A stretch of DNA of 63,979 nucleotides, filler included, from Malassezia furfur (taxonomy: Eukaryota), in the NCBI GenBank assembly GCA_052055015.1. It is 6 parts of 6 records of this genome, joined end to end, with 100 filler letters (N's around TTAATTAATTAA, not from the genome) between each part and the next. Parts side by side here need not be neighbours in the genome. Positions count along the whole stretch, not along the records: positions 11,149 to 22,164 come from JBQJIT010000374.1; 5 more parts are not named here. One strand, 5' to 3'. The stretch's first letter is position 1; each line of letters begins with the position of its first letter. The notes beneath the pieces are model-generated. The model had not been told where the DNA came from. It was given only the letters and a program-made list of their open reading frames with translations, and ran no database searches. The position numbers were made by a program, and so were the translations under genes. Positions 11,149 through 22,264 of the stretch are shown one piece after another.

Positions 11149-12413
11149 AGTCGTCAATCAGGGGCATGTCGGGATGCGCAACACGGAGGTCGGGCATCTG
11201 CTCAACCTCTTTGTCGGAGTCGTCGCCGGCCACCGGCGGCGACGGCGCACGCGCTTTCGCCTTGGATGCAGCGCGCGCACGCACCGGTCGCGTAGGCTGT
11301 GCACGAAGCGAGGACGCCGGCTCGGGAGAAGCCTCAGATGCCGCAGACGCTGCTGCAGGTTCTGGTGCCGGGGGCGACGGCTCAGGGGCAGCCTCTACCG
11401 CCGCGGGTTCGTCCAGCTGCGTCTCGACGACAGATCCGCTCGCGGACGACACACGAGCGGATTTGGAGGTGTCCGCACCAGGCGGGCTATGTGCAGCATC
11501 CGCATGATCGTGCGTGGTCGGTGCATCAGACACGTCGCCGCCGTCGGCCTGCACCTCAGGACTTGGCTCGTGCGCTTCCAAGGCAGCCGGCGCTGCCTCG
11601 GCGGGTGCCTCACTCGCCGGCGCTGTATTTTCCTCGACTGTCTCGTGCTCAGGCACATACGCATCGTCGCTCGCGTCCTCTTCGTCGCCATCACCGCTCT
11701 CATCGCCGCTGGAGTGGTTGTGTGCATCTCGTTGACGACTGCCGACGCGGCTCTTGGCCTTTCGTCGACCGCCGGCCGCTGCGCGCTTGGGCCCGCGCGG
11801 CACCTCGTCGTCCTCAAACGAGTCTGTATCGTCAAGTGATCGCTTATGCGTGTCCGAGGTGCGTGATGCGGCGTCGGGCGTCGTTGAAGGGCTGCTGTCG
11901 TCGAGTGCATCGGCAAGGATGCAGTGGAAAAAGGGACACTGCGGGCGTCGCCGTTGGTGTTCATGGCTGTGTGAGACAGGTGACATACATTGGGTCGTCG
12001 CTGCGCTCCCACCCGCCGAGCTCGACGCCGCAGTAAATACAGGTGCATCCGTCGTCTTCGCCGCTCCCTGGTGTAAAGTGGAATCCAGCTTCGGCGAGCT
12101 GTGTCAGCGACCCACATACCTTGTTGCTCGTCGGCCGCCACCCGCGCCGACCCGTGTATGGCCAGCGTTCATCAAACGTTGCCTTGCGCGCCGAGATCAT
12201 CACGGCGCCGTTCGGAAGGAGGTCGGCGTCGTGCCAGACATAGAGGGTATCGTCTTCGTTCACGGCGCTGTCGCCGCTCCCCGTGCTGAGGCGCGCGACG
12301 CCGCCACGCATCACGCGCGGCTGTCCGGCCTGCTTGCTCTTCTCGAGGTGCGCAAGCACGTCGACGCCCTTCCAGCGCGACGCACTCGCTGCGCTCCGCC
12401 CACGTCCCCGCAT
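11149..12413 (-). CDS. BIR1: BIR-domain chromosomal passenger protein Bir1/survivin (3'-truncated); introns 12099..12119 (21 nt), 11967..11988 (22 nt)
   Basis: Spliced BIR domain ARKATF..WP...KLAEAGFHF...CIYC..ELGGWERSDDPIHEH.RRRPQCPF, followed by a low-complexity region. Confidence 0.85.
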
Positions 12414-12455
12414 GGTGGAGGAACACAACAACACGTGTCACGTGGGGGTATCAGG

Positions 12456-13328
12456 CTATGTGGCTTTGGCATGGCGCTCGGCCTCCTTCTCGGAGGCGAG
12501 TGGCGCGGGCTTGGCAGGGGTGGACCAGAGGTACGTGAACCACGAGGGCCGGGACCGTCGCTGCGCCTCGAGTTTTTCCTTGCGCTTGCGCTCGAACGCA
12601 TTCCGGTACCGCTCGTAGCCGTCGCGGAAGCTGGCATGCACGCGCGACGAGAATAGAATCTCGCCACGCTCGTTGTGGGTTGGGGGGACAGGCTGGATGG
12701 GTGTGCGCCGCTGGAATAGGCGACGGGGCCCGAGCGATGCGGTGTCATTTTCGTTGGGGATGTGCGAAGGCGTTGCACTGGGCGACGCCGCCGTCTTGCG
12801 CCAGAACAGCAGCGGCGCAAGCCAGCGTGGGGGCCGCGAGACGGTGCGCATGTTGAGGTACATATTAAACGTCCAGAGTGCGCGGTTCGCCTGCGGGACG
12901 AAACTGGGTCAGTTCAGCGACGCACTTCTTCGCGGCGGTGATGCGGTCTGCGTAGATGCCACTGGCAAAAAAGAGGAACAGCATCGTGCAGCAGACCATC
13001 AAAAGCCCAATGCGGAGGTAGTGTAGGAGCCAGTGCTAAGTGTGAGGGCATGTCGGGGATGCGTACGCACCTGGGACGGCTGGTACAGCACGTAGTACAC
13101 GAGCGTCATGATCACGGCACATAACAGAGCCAGAAACACTGTGTTAGGCATGCCCCACATACTCTGGTACTTGTTCTTGCGTGCCTTGAGCCGTGCCGAG
13201 TTCTGTTTGAGCCGCTCTTCGAATATGAGCAGGTCACGATAGACGGCCGCATTCGCCGGCGGCGGGAAGCTGGCCATTGATCCCTGCTGTGTCTGATGTG
13301 GGCGTGCAGAGGCATTCGCCATGGTCAT
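12456..13328 (-). CDS. SPO7: Spo7 regulatory subunit of the Nem1 phosphatase; introns 13139..13162 (24 nt), 13036..13070 (35 nt), 12904..12925 (22 nt)
   Basis: YRDLLIFEERLK, two hydrophobic segments, FFASG.Y..RI, FVPQANRAL..FNMYLN, and FRDGYERYR. Confidence 0.85.
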
Positions 13329-13455
13329 GCTTCACGCCGGCGCACACCCAACGCGTGCACACAACCACCCGCGGCGTGGAGACAAAACTCGCCCTGACCG
13401 CACCACCGTGCGCCGGGGCTGACTAAACTTCGACGCCGCGTGCAAGGGCACGGCG

Positions 13456-16229
13456 ATGGACCGCTGGACGCCGCTCGGACCGACGCGCGCGGAGCCGGAT
13501 ACAAGCGACCCGGTGCCACTCTTCCAGGCGGACGATGAAGAGGAGGCTACCGGGAATGTGCCACCAGCGGTCGTGCTCCGGATTCTGGACCATGTCCCGC
13601 TAACCTCGCTTCCCCATGTGGAGCAAGCATCCAAGTCGCTCCAGGCACGCGTGCGCGACGAGCGGCTCTGGAAGCAGCGCTGGGACCGGCTTGCATGGCG
13701 ACCGATTGATGGCATGCCAGATGCGTTGCTCGACAGCCCTGCGCCGCCGCTCCCTGCGCCGCACGCCCAGCCGAAGCCGCCGCCGACGCAGCGGCCGTCG
13801 ACGATCATCGACCTGCTGGGCGACTTGGACGAGGCGCCCACGCAGGCACGGCCGTACGCGGAGCGTATGCAGCGCGCGTACCGTGTGCTGCGCCCCTTTT
13901 TTGCATCCGTCGTCGAAGTGCCGAGCACGACGTCGTCGCTCATCTTTACGCACCCCCGCATTCAGACGCTCGACGGCCAGTGCGCGCTGATGCACAACCT
14001 CGCGCGCATGGCGTCGCGCCTCGTGCACGGCCTACCGGCGCACATGGTCGAAGGCATCGTGCACGCCAAGCTCGCGAGCGCCGCGGGCTACCTTGACATG
14101 GAGCTGCGCACCGCCTTTTTGGCCCAGGTCGCTGAGCATGCCAAAGGGCAGGAGGGCGCCGAGGCGCAAATGCGGCGGTATGCGCACCTCGCGTGGGACC
14201 TGCGTGAGCTCGGCATGCTGCTCGGTACCGAGTCGCGCGGTCCCAATGCGCCGCGCGCCGCGGCGATGCACGCGCTCGGCGGCAGCGGCGTCGCAGCGGC
14301 GTACCTGGCCGAGCACCCGCTGTTCCACGACCCGGTGCCGCACAATCCGAAAAAATGCATCCAGTTCTACGAGCGGAGTGACACGGCATTTACCGAGGCG
14401 CCCGTGCGTGCGTTTGAGGACCACCTCGAGGCGCGCGTCGTGGACGAAGTGGCGCTGATGCAGCGCGTCTTTCCGCACGCGCAAGGCATCGAGCTGGTGT
14501 TCTTCGAGAAGCTTGCATCGGATCTGGTGCGTGACAAGACTGACGCAGATCACCGACTACTTTGACGGCCTCCTGCAAAACGCCGAGGCGCACTCGCCGT
14601 ACGTCTACCTCGAGGCATATGCGCGGTCGTACGCGGCGCTCCTACCGCTGGCCGAAGCCGTAGTGCACGCGGCGCCGCACGTGGCGCTGCCGGATGCCCA
14701 GGCGGTGCTCGGCACCGTGTGGGCCGTGCACCTCGACGCGTACCTCGCGGCGGAGGCGACGTGGGTGCAGGGCATGCTCGACGACCTGTGCCAAAAGTGG
14801 CAGCGGAACGTACGTCGCCCCACTGACGCAGCTGGAGAGCGCCGTGCAGGCACACCGCGAGGCAAGCACACCGCTGGCGACGCAGCTCGCTGCCGAGAAG
14901 CGCTCGTTCTTGTCCAAGTTTAAGAGTGCGCTGCTGACCCCGGCGGTTTCGGTGCCGCACGCCGGCGACGAGAGCACGCCGCGTGCGAGTGTGGAGCGCG
15001 TCTCGAGCGAGCACGAGGGGTACGTAGGCCTCGGCGCGGTCCCCAGCGCGGACGACGACGAGGCGTGGGACGAGGAGGCGTCGCCGACCAAGTCGCCGGT
15101 GCGTCCGCGTGCAGGGTCGACGACGCTCACGGTGCCGTCGCAGCCTGCGTCGCCCGCGGCGGCACGCGTGGCGTCGCCCGGTGCGTCGCGGAGTGCGTCG
15201 CCGGCGCCGCACGTCATGTCGTCGATGCTCTCGCTCGACACGGCGATCGAGCTAGTGGACATTGTGCGCCTGGCGCTGCAGCGGCTCGAGGCGCTGCGCC
15301 CGCTGGACCCTGCGCGCATCCAGGCGGCGGCGGTGCGCGTGAATGTGGCGCTCTTTGCGACCATCAACCACGGCCACTTCCAGCCGGGCTTCAGCAAGGC
15401 GCGCGAGGAGATTGGCACGTACGACTTTGCCGCACACGACGCGGAGCTGCGTGGGACGCGCGATGCGGCGGAGCACGTCGGCCCGCTGCTGCTCTTCTTT
15501 GAGCTGGTGCAGATCGGCGACACGATCCAGCAAATGATGCAGGTCTTCTTTGACCGCGTCGCGGCGCCGACGCTCGGCAAGATCGACTTTACGAACGCGG
15601 CGGTGCGCGAGAAGAAGAAGATGGAGAACGACCTCGACGAGCACGTCGCGCAGGGGATGAGCGCGGGCGTCGAGCTGCTCGTGCAGCATGTCGAGTACAT
15701 TGTGTTGACGTACCAAGAGCCGCGCGACTTTTACCCCGAGGCGGGCGCGGCGATCGACGTGGCGCAGCCGACGCGCGCGTGCGTCCAGTGCTGTGCGACG
15801 CTGCGCACCTACTGCGACCTGCTTGCGTCGTGCACGGACAAGGCGCTGCTCGACGTGTTCTACCAAGAGATTGGGTTCCGGCTGTATGCGGTGCTGTGCA
15901 AGCACCTCAAGCGGCAGATCATTTCGCTCCCGGGCGGCTTCCAGGTGATCAGCGACCTGAATGCGTACTATGCGTTTATCGTGACGCTGCGGCAGCCCGC
16001 GCTCACGTCCGTGTTTGGCGCGCTGAAGCGCATCGGCAGCCTGTACATTGTCGAGGAGCCCAAGGAGCTTGCCAAGATGGTGCGCGACGCGACGCTCAGT
16101 GGCGGCACGATGCGCTCCGAGGACATGTACGAATTCCTGCGCTCGCGCAGCGACTTCAAGTCGATCGAGCGCAACGTCGACGGCGAGCTGTACGGCATCA
16201 AGGTGCGCGAGGATTGTAGCGTGATGTAG
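13456..16229 (+). CDS. RCY1: F-box/Sec10-like recycling protein Rcy1; introns 14527..14548 (22 nt), 14810..14831 (22 nt)
   Basis: N-terminal F-box (VPPAVVLRILDHVP). Also FFELVQIGDTIQQM, KHLKRQIIS..GG, and C-terminal YEFLRSRSDFK...EDCSVM CAAX. Confidence 0.88.
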
Positions 16230-16297
16230 ATACCCAGCCGGCCGCGCACGGCGCGCCCCACGGCACCGCTGCACGGCCGGGATGCTATGTATGACCT

Positions 16298-18851
16298 TTA
16301 TCCACCGCCCACGGCGCCGGTGACCTGGCGACGGCGCATGCGCAGCTGCGCCATCTCCTGCGGCGGCGGGCGGAAGTACATGTACGTCGTCGATGTGTCC
16401 TGCGGCGCGTCGGCCGCCAGCTTGCCTGCCGGCTGCGTGTCGAACGACGGGTCCGGCTCGGTGACGTTCCACGTCTTTTCCCAGTCGATGTGGCGCACGC
16501 CGGCATCTGCCCAGCGCGCCGCGTGCGCCTCGTTGGTGGCCATCTTGGCGGGCAGCGGCTCCTCGGGCAGCTGCGCGGCCTCGGCGGCGGCCGTCGACGT
16601 GTCGCCCGCCGCGACGCTTGCCTGCGCCGCCTCGCGCTTCTGCTCGTACTCGGCCTGCCAGTCCTGGTCCCAGGTGTGGGCGGACTGGAGGCCCTCTTCA
16701 AAGACGATGCCGTGCTTGCGCAGGTAGTAGAGCAGCGCGGCCATAAACGCCACCTTGCGGTGCAAGCGGTTGCCCCAGTCCTGCCAGTTGTGCGCGTGCG
16801 TCATGCCGACGGTGCACTCCATCACGCGCATGTAGTAGTACTTCTGCGGGCGGATGATGGAGGGGTACACGAAGCGGTGCTCGATGTCGTTCTCGATCCA
16901 GTGGTTCAGGTCGTTTTGCACCGCATCCAGCTTCTCCCAGGGGGTGTCAAACGCCACCTGGATCTTGGTCTCTTCGTATTGGTGCTTCGAGCGGCGGTAG
17001 TTGATGATGTTGCTCGCAGCCAGGACGGTGTTGGACATGTACAGGTCGAGCGCCTCGGTGGTGACGAGCTCGGTGGAGAGCAGTGAGAGCTTCTTGACCA
17101 CGTACACGCTGTCGCCTAGCTGGATCAAGTCGCCCGAGTCGAACGGGTGCGTGACAAACAGGAAGATGATCGAGTCGAACAAATTCTGGGCGCTCTCCTT
17201 GAACACAAAGGCAAACGCAATACCCATCGTGTAGAAGCTTGAGAGCGTCTTGTTCGCGTTCACCTTGAAGATGGCCAGCGCCTCGAACAGGACAAAAATG
17301 CACGCAATGATCACCAGGATCAGGTCGAGCTGACCCACGGCGTGGTTCAGGTCCTGCATCGCCTGCGCAAGGATGCGCCGCTCCTTGAACAGCTCAAGCA
17401 CCGTGTTCTTGATTTCGAGCTGCGAGATGTCGCCATTCCCGTCGCGGTCAAACACGGCAAATGCGCGCTCCGCCGCCGCAGGGTCGTTGGGGTACGCGGG
17501 CGCAAAGTCGCTCAGCAGCAAAAAGCGCCGCGACGGATCGCGCTGGTACGCCTTGTACAGCGAGCGCGCCACCTTCTTCGCCTGTGCGGGGCTGTTGATG
17601 TCCAGCTTGACGCCCATATCGATCGTCTTGAGCAGCTGCGCCGGATCACGCATGCCGATCGCCGCGAGGCGCGACGCCTTGGCCGACGACTTGTGCGCGC
17701 GGTCGACGAGCGCGGCGTGGAAGTCGAGTACGCGCTGCTTGGCACGCGAGCTCCGCGAGGCGGGCGCTTGCGTCCCCTCGGCGGGCTCATCAGGGCGCGT
17801 GCGCTCGCGCAGGAACGTCTTTCCGGCCTGGGCAAAGGCGCGCACATTCGGTGCGCCGGACGATGCGCCGGCCTTGGGGCGGTGGTTGTACAGGTGGTCG
17901 AGCACCTTGATGGCGTGCGTCATGTTCTGGATACGGTCCGCGTACGACGACTTGTGGAAGCGGATCGCAATAAATTTGACAATCACCTTTTCGGCACACA
18001 TCGTGACGGTGATGAAGAACTGGGTGAGTCGGGCGACGTACGATAAACTCCATCACCTGGTATATGCGGTATGTGTACGGTGCGCGGCTCGTCTCGCTTG
18101 GATTCGACGCCGAGTACAGCCCAAAGATGGAGTTAAAGATGATGGTCCAGCTGCCCCAGTTGAGCGCCGCATAGAAGAGCAGCTTGAGGTAGCGGTTCAG
18201 CGCGCGGTAGTACTCCAGGTAGTTCTGCAGCCGCTGCCCGGGCGCGCCCCAGACAAGCCGCAGCACGCCCGTGATGATCGCCGGCATGAGCTCCACCAAA
18301 AAGTGGATCCACCACTGCAGGTGCAAGTTGAACGCTGCCCAAATAAACCACGCCTCGACGTTGTCGGCGATGTACACCTTGTGGTCGTCGTCGCGCTTGC
18401 GGTACACGTAGTGTATCACCAAAATCGGCACAAGCATGATGCCCGTCAACACAAGGTTTCCAAGGAACGTCGTGCACAGAATCAGCACCAGTTTCGCCGG
18501 CGACATATTACGCAGGCTCAGCTTGCGTACAGCATCTGCCGAGTCGTCGCGCGCCGATTCGGTCACGTCCGTCTCGGTCGTCCAGTCAAAATAGTCCTGC
18601 ATATCTGCATAGTTCTGTGTCTCGGGCGTGGTCGTGCCCGAGCTTGGCTCCGGATGCACGCCGGGCTCCTTGTCAAAGGATTCCTTGGGCGGCTCCACGA
18701 CCGTGACGCGCGGCGCGGCGCCGGGCGCGCCGGGCGCCGTCTCGCTCGCATACTCCGGAGGGAGGTGCGCAGCCGGGGGCACGACCGGCGCCGAGAACGG
18801 CAGAGTACGTTCGGGGTCACGGCCGGGCGAAGGCACGGCCGGTCGCGACAT
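16298..18851 (-). CDS. MscS-like mechanosensitive channel with EF-hand (Msy1/Msy2 type); intron 18020..18041 (22 nt)
   Basis: Multiple TM segments, EKVIVKFIAIRFH, EF-hand FDRDGNGDIS, FLFVTHPFDSGD and NWQD. Confidence 0.88.
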
Positions 18852-18946
18852 GGTCGACTCCAACGAACCGCACCGCCCACGACCACCGCTTAGTCATCGT
18901 GCCTTTTTTTTTTTTCCGAGGTCCGTGCACGCCTAGGGCTCCACAA

Positions 18947-21900
18947 CTACGAAGGGGGTTCAAAGCGCGCCATGCGCCGGCGCAGCGACTCGCTCAGCGC
19001 CGACGGCTGGTACTGCGGCTTGCCTGGCGCCGCATTCTCGGCGCCGTCAGCATCGGATGTACGCGGTGCAGCGGCAGGCACATTCGCCTTGACGTCGGCG
19101 ACGCTCGCCGAGTTGCGCAAGTAGCGCTGCGCCCTGGCACGCAGCGCACTCGACGACGCGTGCGTGCTCAGCTTCGGCAACGACGAGGGGGGAAGCGAGG
19201 TGGACGACTGCACATTGCCGATGCTCGCCATCGGTGCGCGTGCCGGGGGCGCCTCGGGCGCTTCCTGCGGCGCTTCGGTAGGCGCTGCAGGTGCGTCCTT
19301 GGGCGCGTCGGGCGCTTCCTGCGGCGCTTCGGCCCGCGCCGCGGCCTTGTCCGACTCTTGGTCCATCGGCTCGGGCGCATCGTGCGCGCGCGGCGTCGAT
19401 GGCGGCGGCGGCGTATGAGCGCGCTCGTTGGCACGCATCAGCGCCTGGAGCAGGCCGCTTTCCGCCGCGCCGTCCGAGTACCGCGGCTTGGTGGCCACCG
19501 GCACCCGGAGCGGCGCTGAGCCTGCCGTGGCGGTGGGGGCGGCCTGGGGCTCGGCCTGGGACTCGGCCGGGGGCTTGTCCTGGGCCTCCTGGGCCTCCTT
19601 GGCCTCCTGCTTGTCGTCCGCTTTGGCGTCCTTGGCCTCGTCCGTGTCGCCCGTTGCGTGCGTCTCCGCGTAGCGCTCGCGAGCGAGCTCCTCGAGCAGC
19701 GTCGCGACCTTGGGCCGGTTCTCGGCGGCCGCCTGTGCCGCAGACGCCTCGAGCGCGGCCGCCTCCAACTCGGCGGCCTCGAGCGCCGCGCGCTGCATCG
19801 GCACCGGGGAGTAGGGCCGCGGGCCGAGCCCGGCCAGCGACGCGAGCGGCGACGTCGGCATGAGCGACGCTGGCTGTACGTTCGGCTGCTCGGCCGGCTT
19901 GGGCGTACGCAGTGTGCTGTCCGACGCACTGCCGCTGCCGGCGCTGCGGTTGCTGCCGGCGCTGTAGGCACTGCTGGCGCTGCTGCCCGACGCAGTGCGC
20001 ACGCTGTTCGACTCGGACGCCTGGCGCTTGTCTGGTGCGCGCATCGATGTCGGGCGCTTGCGCTTGTGCACGGGCTGCGTCTGCACATGCGTGAGCGACT
20101 GCAGCTCGAGGCGGCACTCGTGCAGCTCCTTGATGCCGGCCATGAGCCCGCGCATCTCGCGGCGTACCTCGCTCGTGATGCGCGCGACCGCCTCTTCGTT
20201 CCACGCCGGTGGCCGCGCCTCGAGCTGGCGGTCGAGCAGCGACCAGTGCTCGAGCGCAACGAGGCGCTTGTCGAGCTCCTTGAGGATCGGCACCGAATGT
20301 TTCTCGTACAGGTAGAAGCGCACCATCATCTCGTGCAGCGCCTGCTGCACGGGCATCTCGTTCACGTCGATGCCCGCGCCGGCTTCGAGCACCAAGTCCA
20401 CGCCACGCGCCTGCAGCTGCTCGACGACCGAGCGCGAGGGCGCCATGCCGGCGGGCACCGTCAGCTCGGTGGCCGGGCGCACCGCCGGCACGGGCGCCGC
20501 TTCGGCCGCGGCCGGCGTGGTGGACAGCGTCGAGGCGCTCGCGGTCATCGACTGGATGTACTTGGCCGCGGCCTCGGCCATCTCGGGCGTCCACGTCATG
20601 CGCCCGACGCTGCCCTGCAGGTTCGCCGGCGTGGTGTACACCTCGGCGGCGACCTGGAACGGCTCCGTGGCACCGGCGGTGGGCGCCTTGGGCGCACGCA
20701 GCGACGCGCGCGGGTCGAGCACCACCTCGGGCTCCGCACGGCGCACGGGCGACGGCGCACGGGGGCGCAGCACGGGCGCCGGACTGGGCGGCGGCAGCGG
20801 CGACGCATGCTTGGACGGCGAGGCGCCAGGCAGGTTGTGCTGGAAGTGCTGCGCGGGGCTCGGCACGCCCGCGGGTGGGCGGTCGTCCTTGCGCGTGAAG
20901 TCGTGCTGCATCGACTCGACGTGCGGCGCCTTGGGCGTCGTGGCGGATGCGCCGTCGTCGTCGTCCGCCACGTCGGTGTCGTCGGCCACGATGAACCCGC
21001 CGAAGCCGTCGGGCTTCATGCGCCGGCCCTGCTCGTCAATCACCGTCTCGGCAAGCGACATGGGCGTCGGCGGCTCGGGGATCGGCACAATCTTGGGCGC
21101 CGCGCCGGCCTTGTTCTCGACCAGGACCGACGGCACCGGCGCGACGGGCGCCGGCGCATCCGAGTGCACCGTTGAGCCCAGCGGCTGCGTCGAGGACGCG
21201 GGGATGGGCGTGGGCGCAGGCGCGGGCGCAGGCGCGGGTGGAGCCGGGCGCTGTGCGGCGCTCGGCGGCGCCTTGCGCTTGCCAAACAGGCGGAACCCAA
21301 ACGTCCCCCGCGGCGCAGGTGGAGGCGCCGCTTCGCGCGCGTCGGGCACAGGGGCAGGCGCCGCTTCGCGCGCGTCGGGCGCAGGGCCCATGTCGACGTA
21401 CGCGCCGTGCGCCGCCGCATCGGCGGGCGGCGCATCGTGCGGCCACGCAGCGGCCTCTTGCTGTGCGTGCCACGCCGCCTCTTGCTGCGCGTGCCATGCC
21501 GCCTCTTGCTGTGCATGCCACTCGGCCTCTTGCTGGGCATGCCATTCGGCCTCCTGCTGCGCATGCCACTCGGCCTCCTGCTGCGCGTACCACGCGGCCT
21601 CTTGCTGGGCATGCCACTCGGCTTCTTGCTGTGCGTGCCACTCGGCCTCCTGCTGTGCGTGCCATGCGGCGTCCGGGGCCGCCTCTTGCTGTGCGTACCA
21701 TGCGGCGTCCGGCTGTGCGTACGTAGCCGCATCGGCCTCGCCGTGCCACTCTCCGGCGCCGTGCTGCGCCTGCTGCGCCTGCCACTCGGCCTCGCGCTGC
21801 GCGTGCCACGCGGCCTCCTGCTCGGCGTGCCATGCGTCCTGCTGCGCGGCGCTGGGGCGCGGCGTGTCCTTGGACGGCACGGGCGGCGGCGCCTCGGCGG

Positions 21901-22164
21901 ACATCTTGCGGAAGTCGGCCGAGCCCTGGCGCTTCTCCTGCTCGAGGATGCGGCGCGCCTCGAGCATCGAGCGGCGCTTGCGCTCGAACGCCTCGCGCTC
22001 GTCGTCGCTCATGCGCGTCGACGCACGCGAGCTGGCGGTCGCGGTGCGCTCCATCGGCTGCACGGTGCTCGTGGAGCGCTGCGACGACGCCGACGCACGC
22101 CGCGTGCCGGGGTCGCTCGACCGGTCCATGCTCGACGAGCTGTACAGCGACGGGCTCGCGTCCG
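18947..22164 (-). CDS. Large low-complexity protein of unknown function with Trp/His octapeptide repeats and a short coiled-coil domain (probably 5'-truncated)
   Basis: Frame of at least 1060 aa, open to the contig end, with coding-type GC3 bias. Ordered segment VQQALHEMMVRFYLYEKHSVPILKELDKRLVALE. Confidence 0.65.
21449..21845 (-). repeat. 24-bp coding tandem repeat A[E/A]W[H/Y]AQQE (about 9 consecutive copies plus degenerate flanking copies)
   Basis: Repeated gccactcggcctc[ct]tgctg-like units with 24-nt period. Confidence 0.92.
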
Positions 22165-22264
22165 NNNNNNNNNNNNNNNNNNNNNNNNNNNNNNNNNNNN
22201 NNNNNNNNTTAATTAATTAANNNNNNNNNNNNNNNNNNNNNNNNNNNNNNNNNNNNNNNNNNNN
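22165..22264. other. Artificial contig linker
   Basis: N44-TTAATTAATTAA-N44. Confidence 0.99.

Noticed and set aside
7617..14831. Apparent frameshifts or pseudogenes in VIP1, BIR1, SPO7 and RCY1 in the ORF track
   Set aside because: Each break coincides with a GT...CTNAC...AG micro-intron whose removal restores conserved sequence.
21449..21845. CRISPR-like or satellite interpretation of the 24-bp array
   Set aside because: No unique spacers, eukaryotic context, and the units are in-frame codons with synonymous variation.
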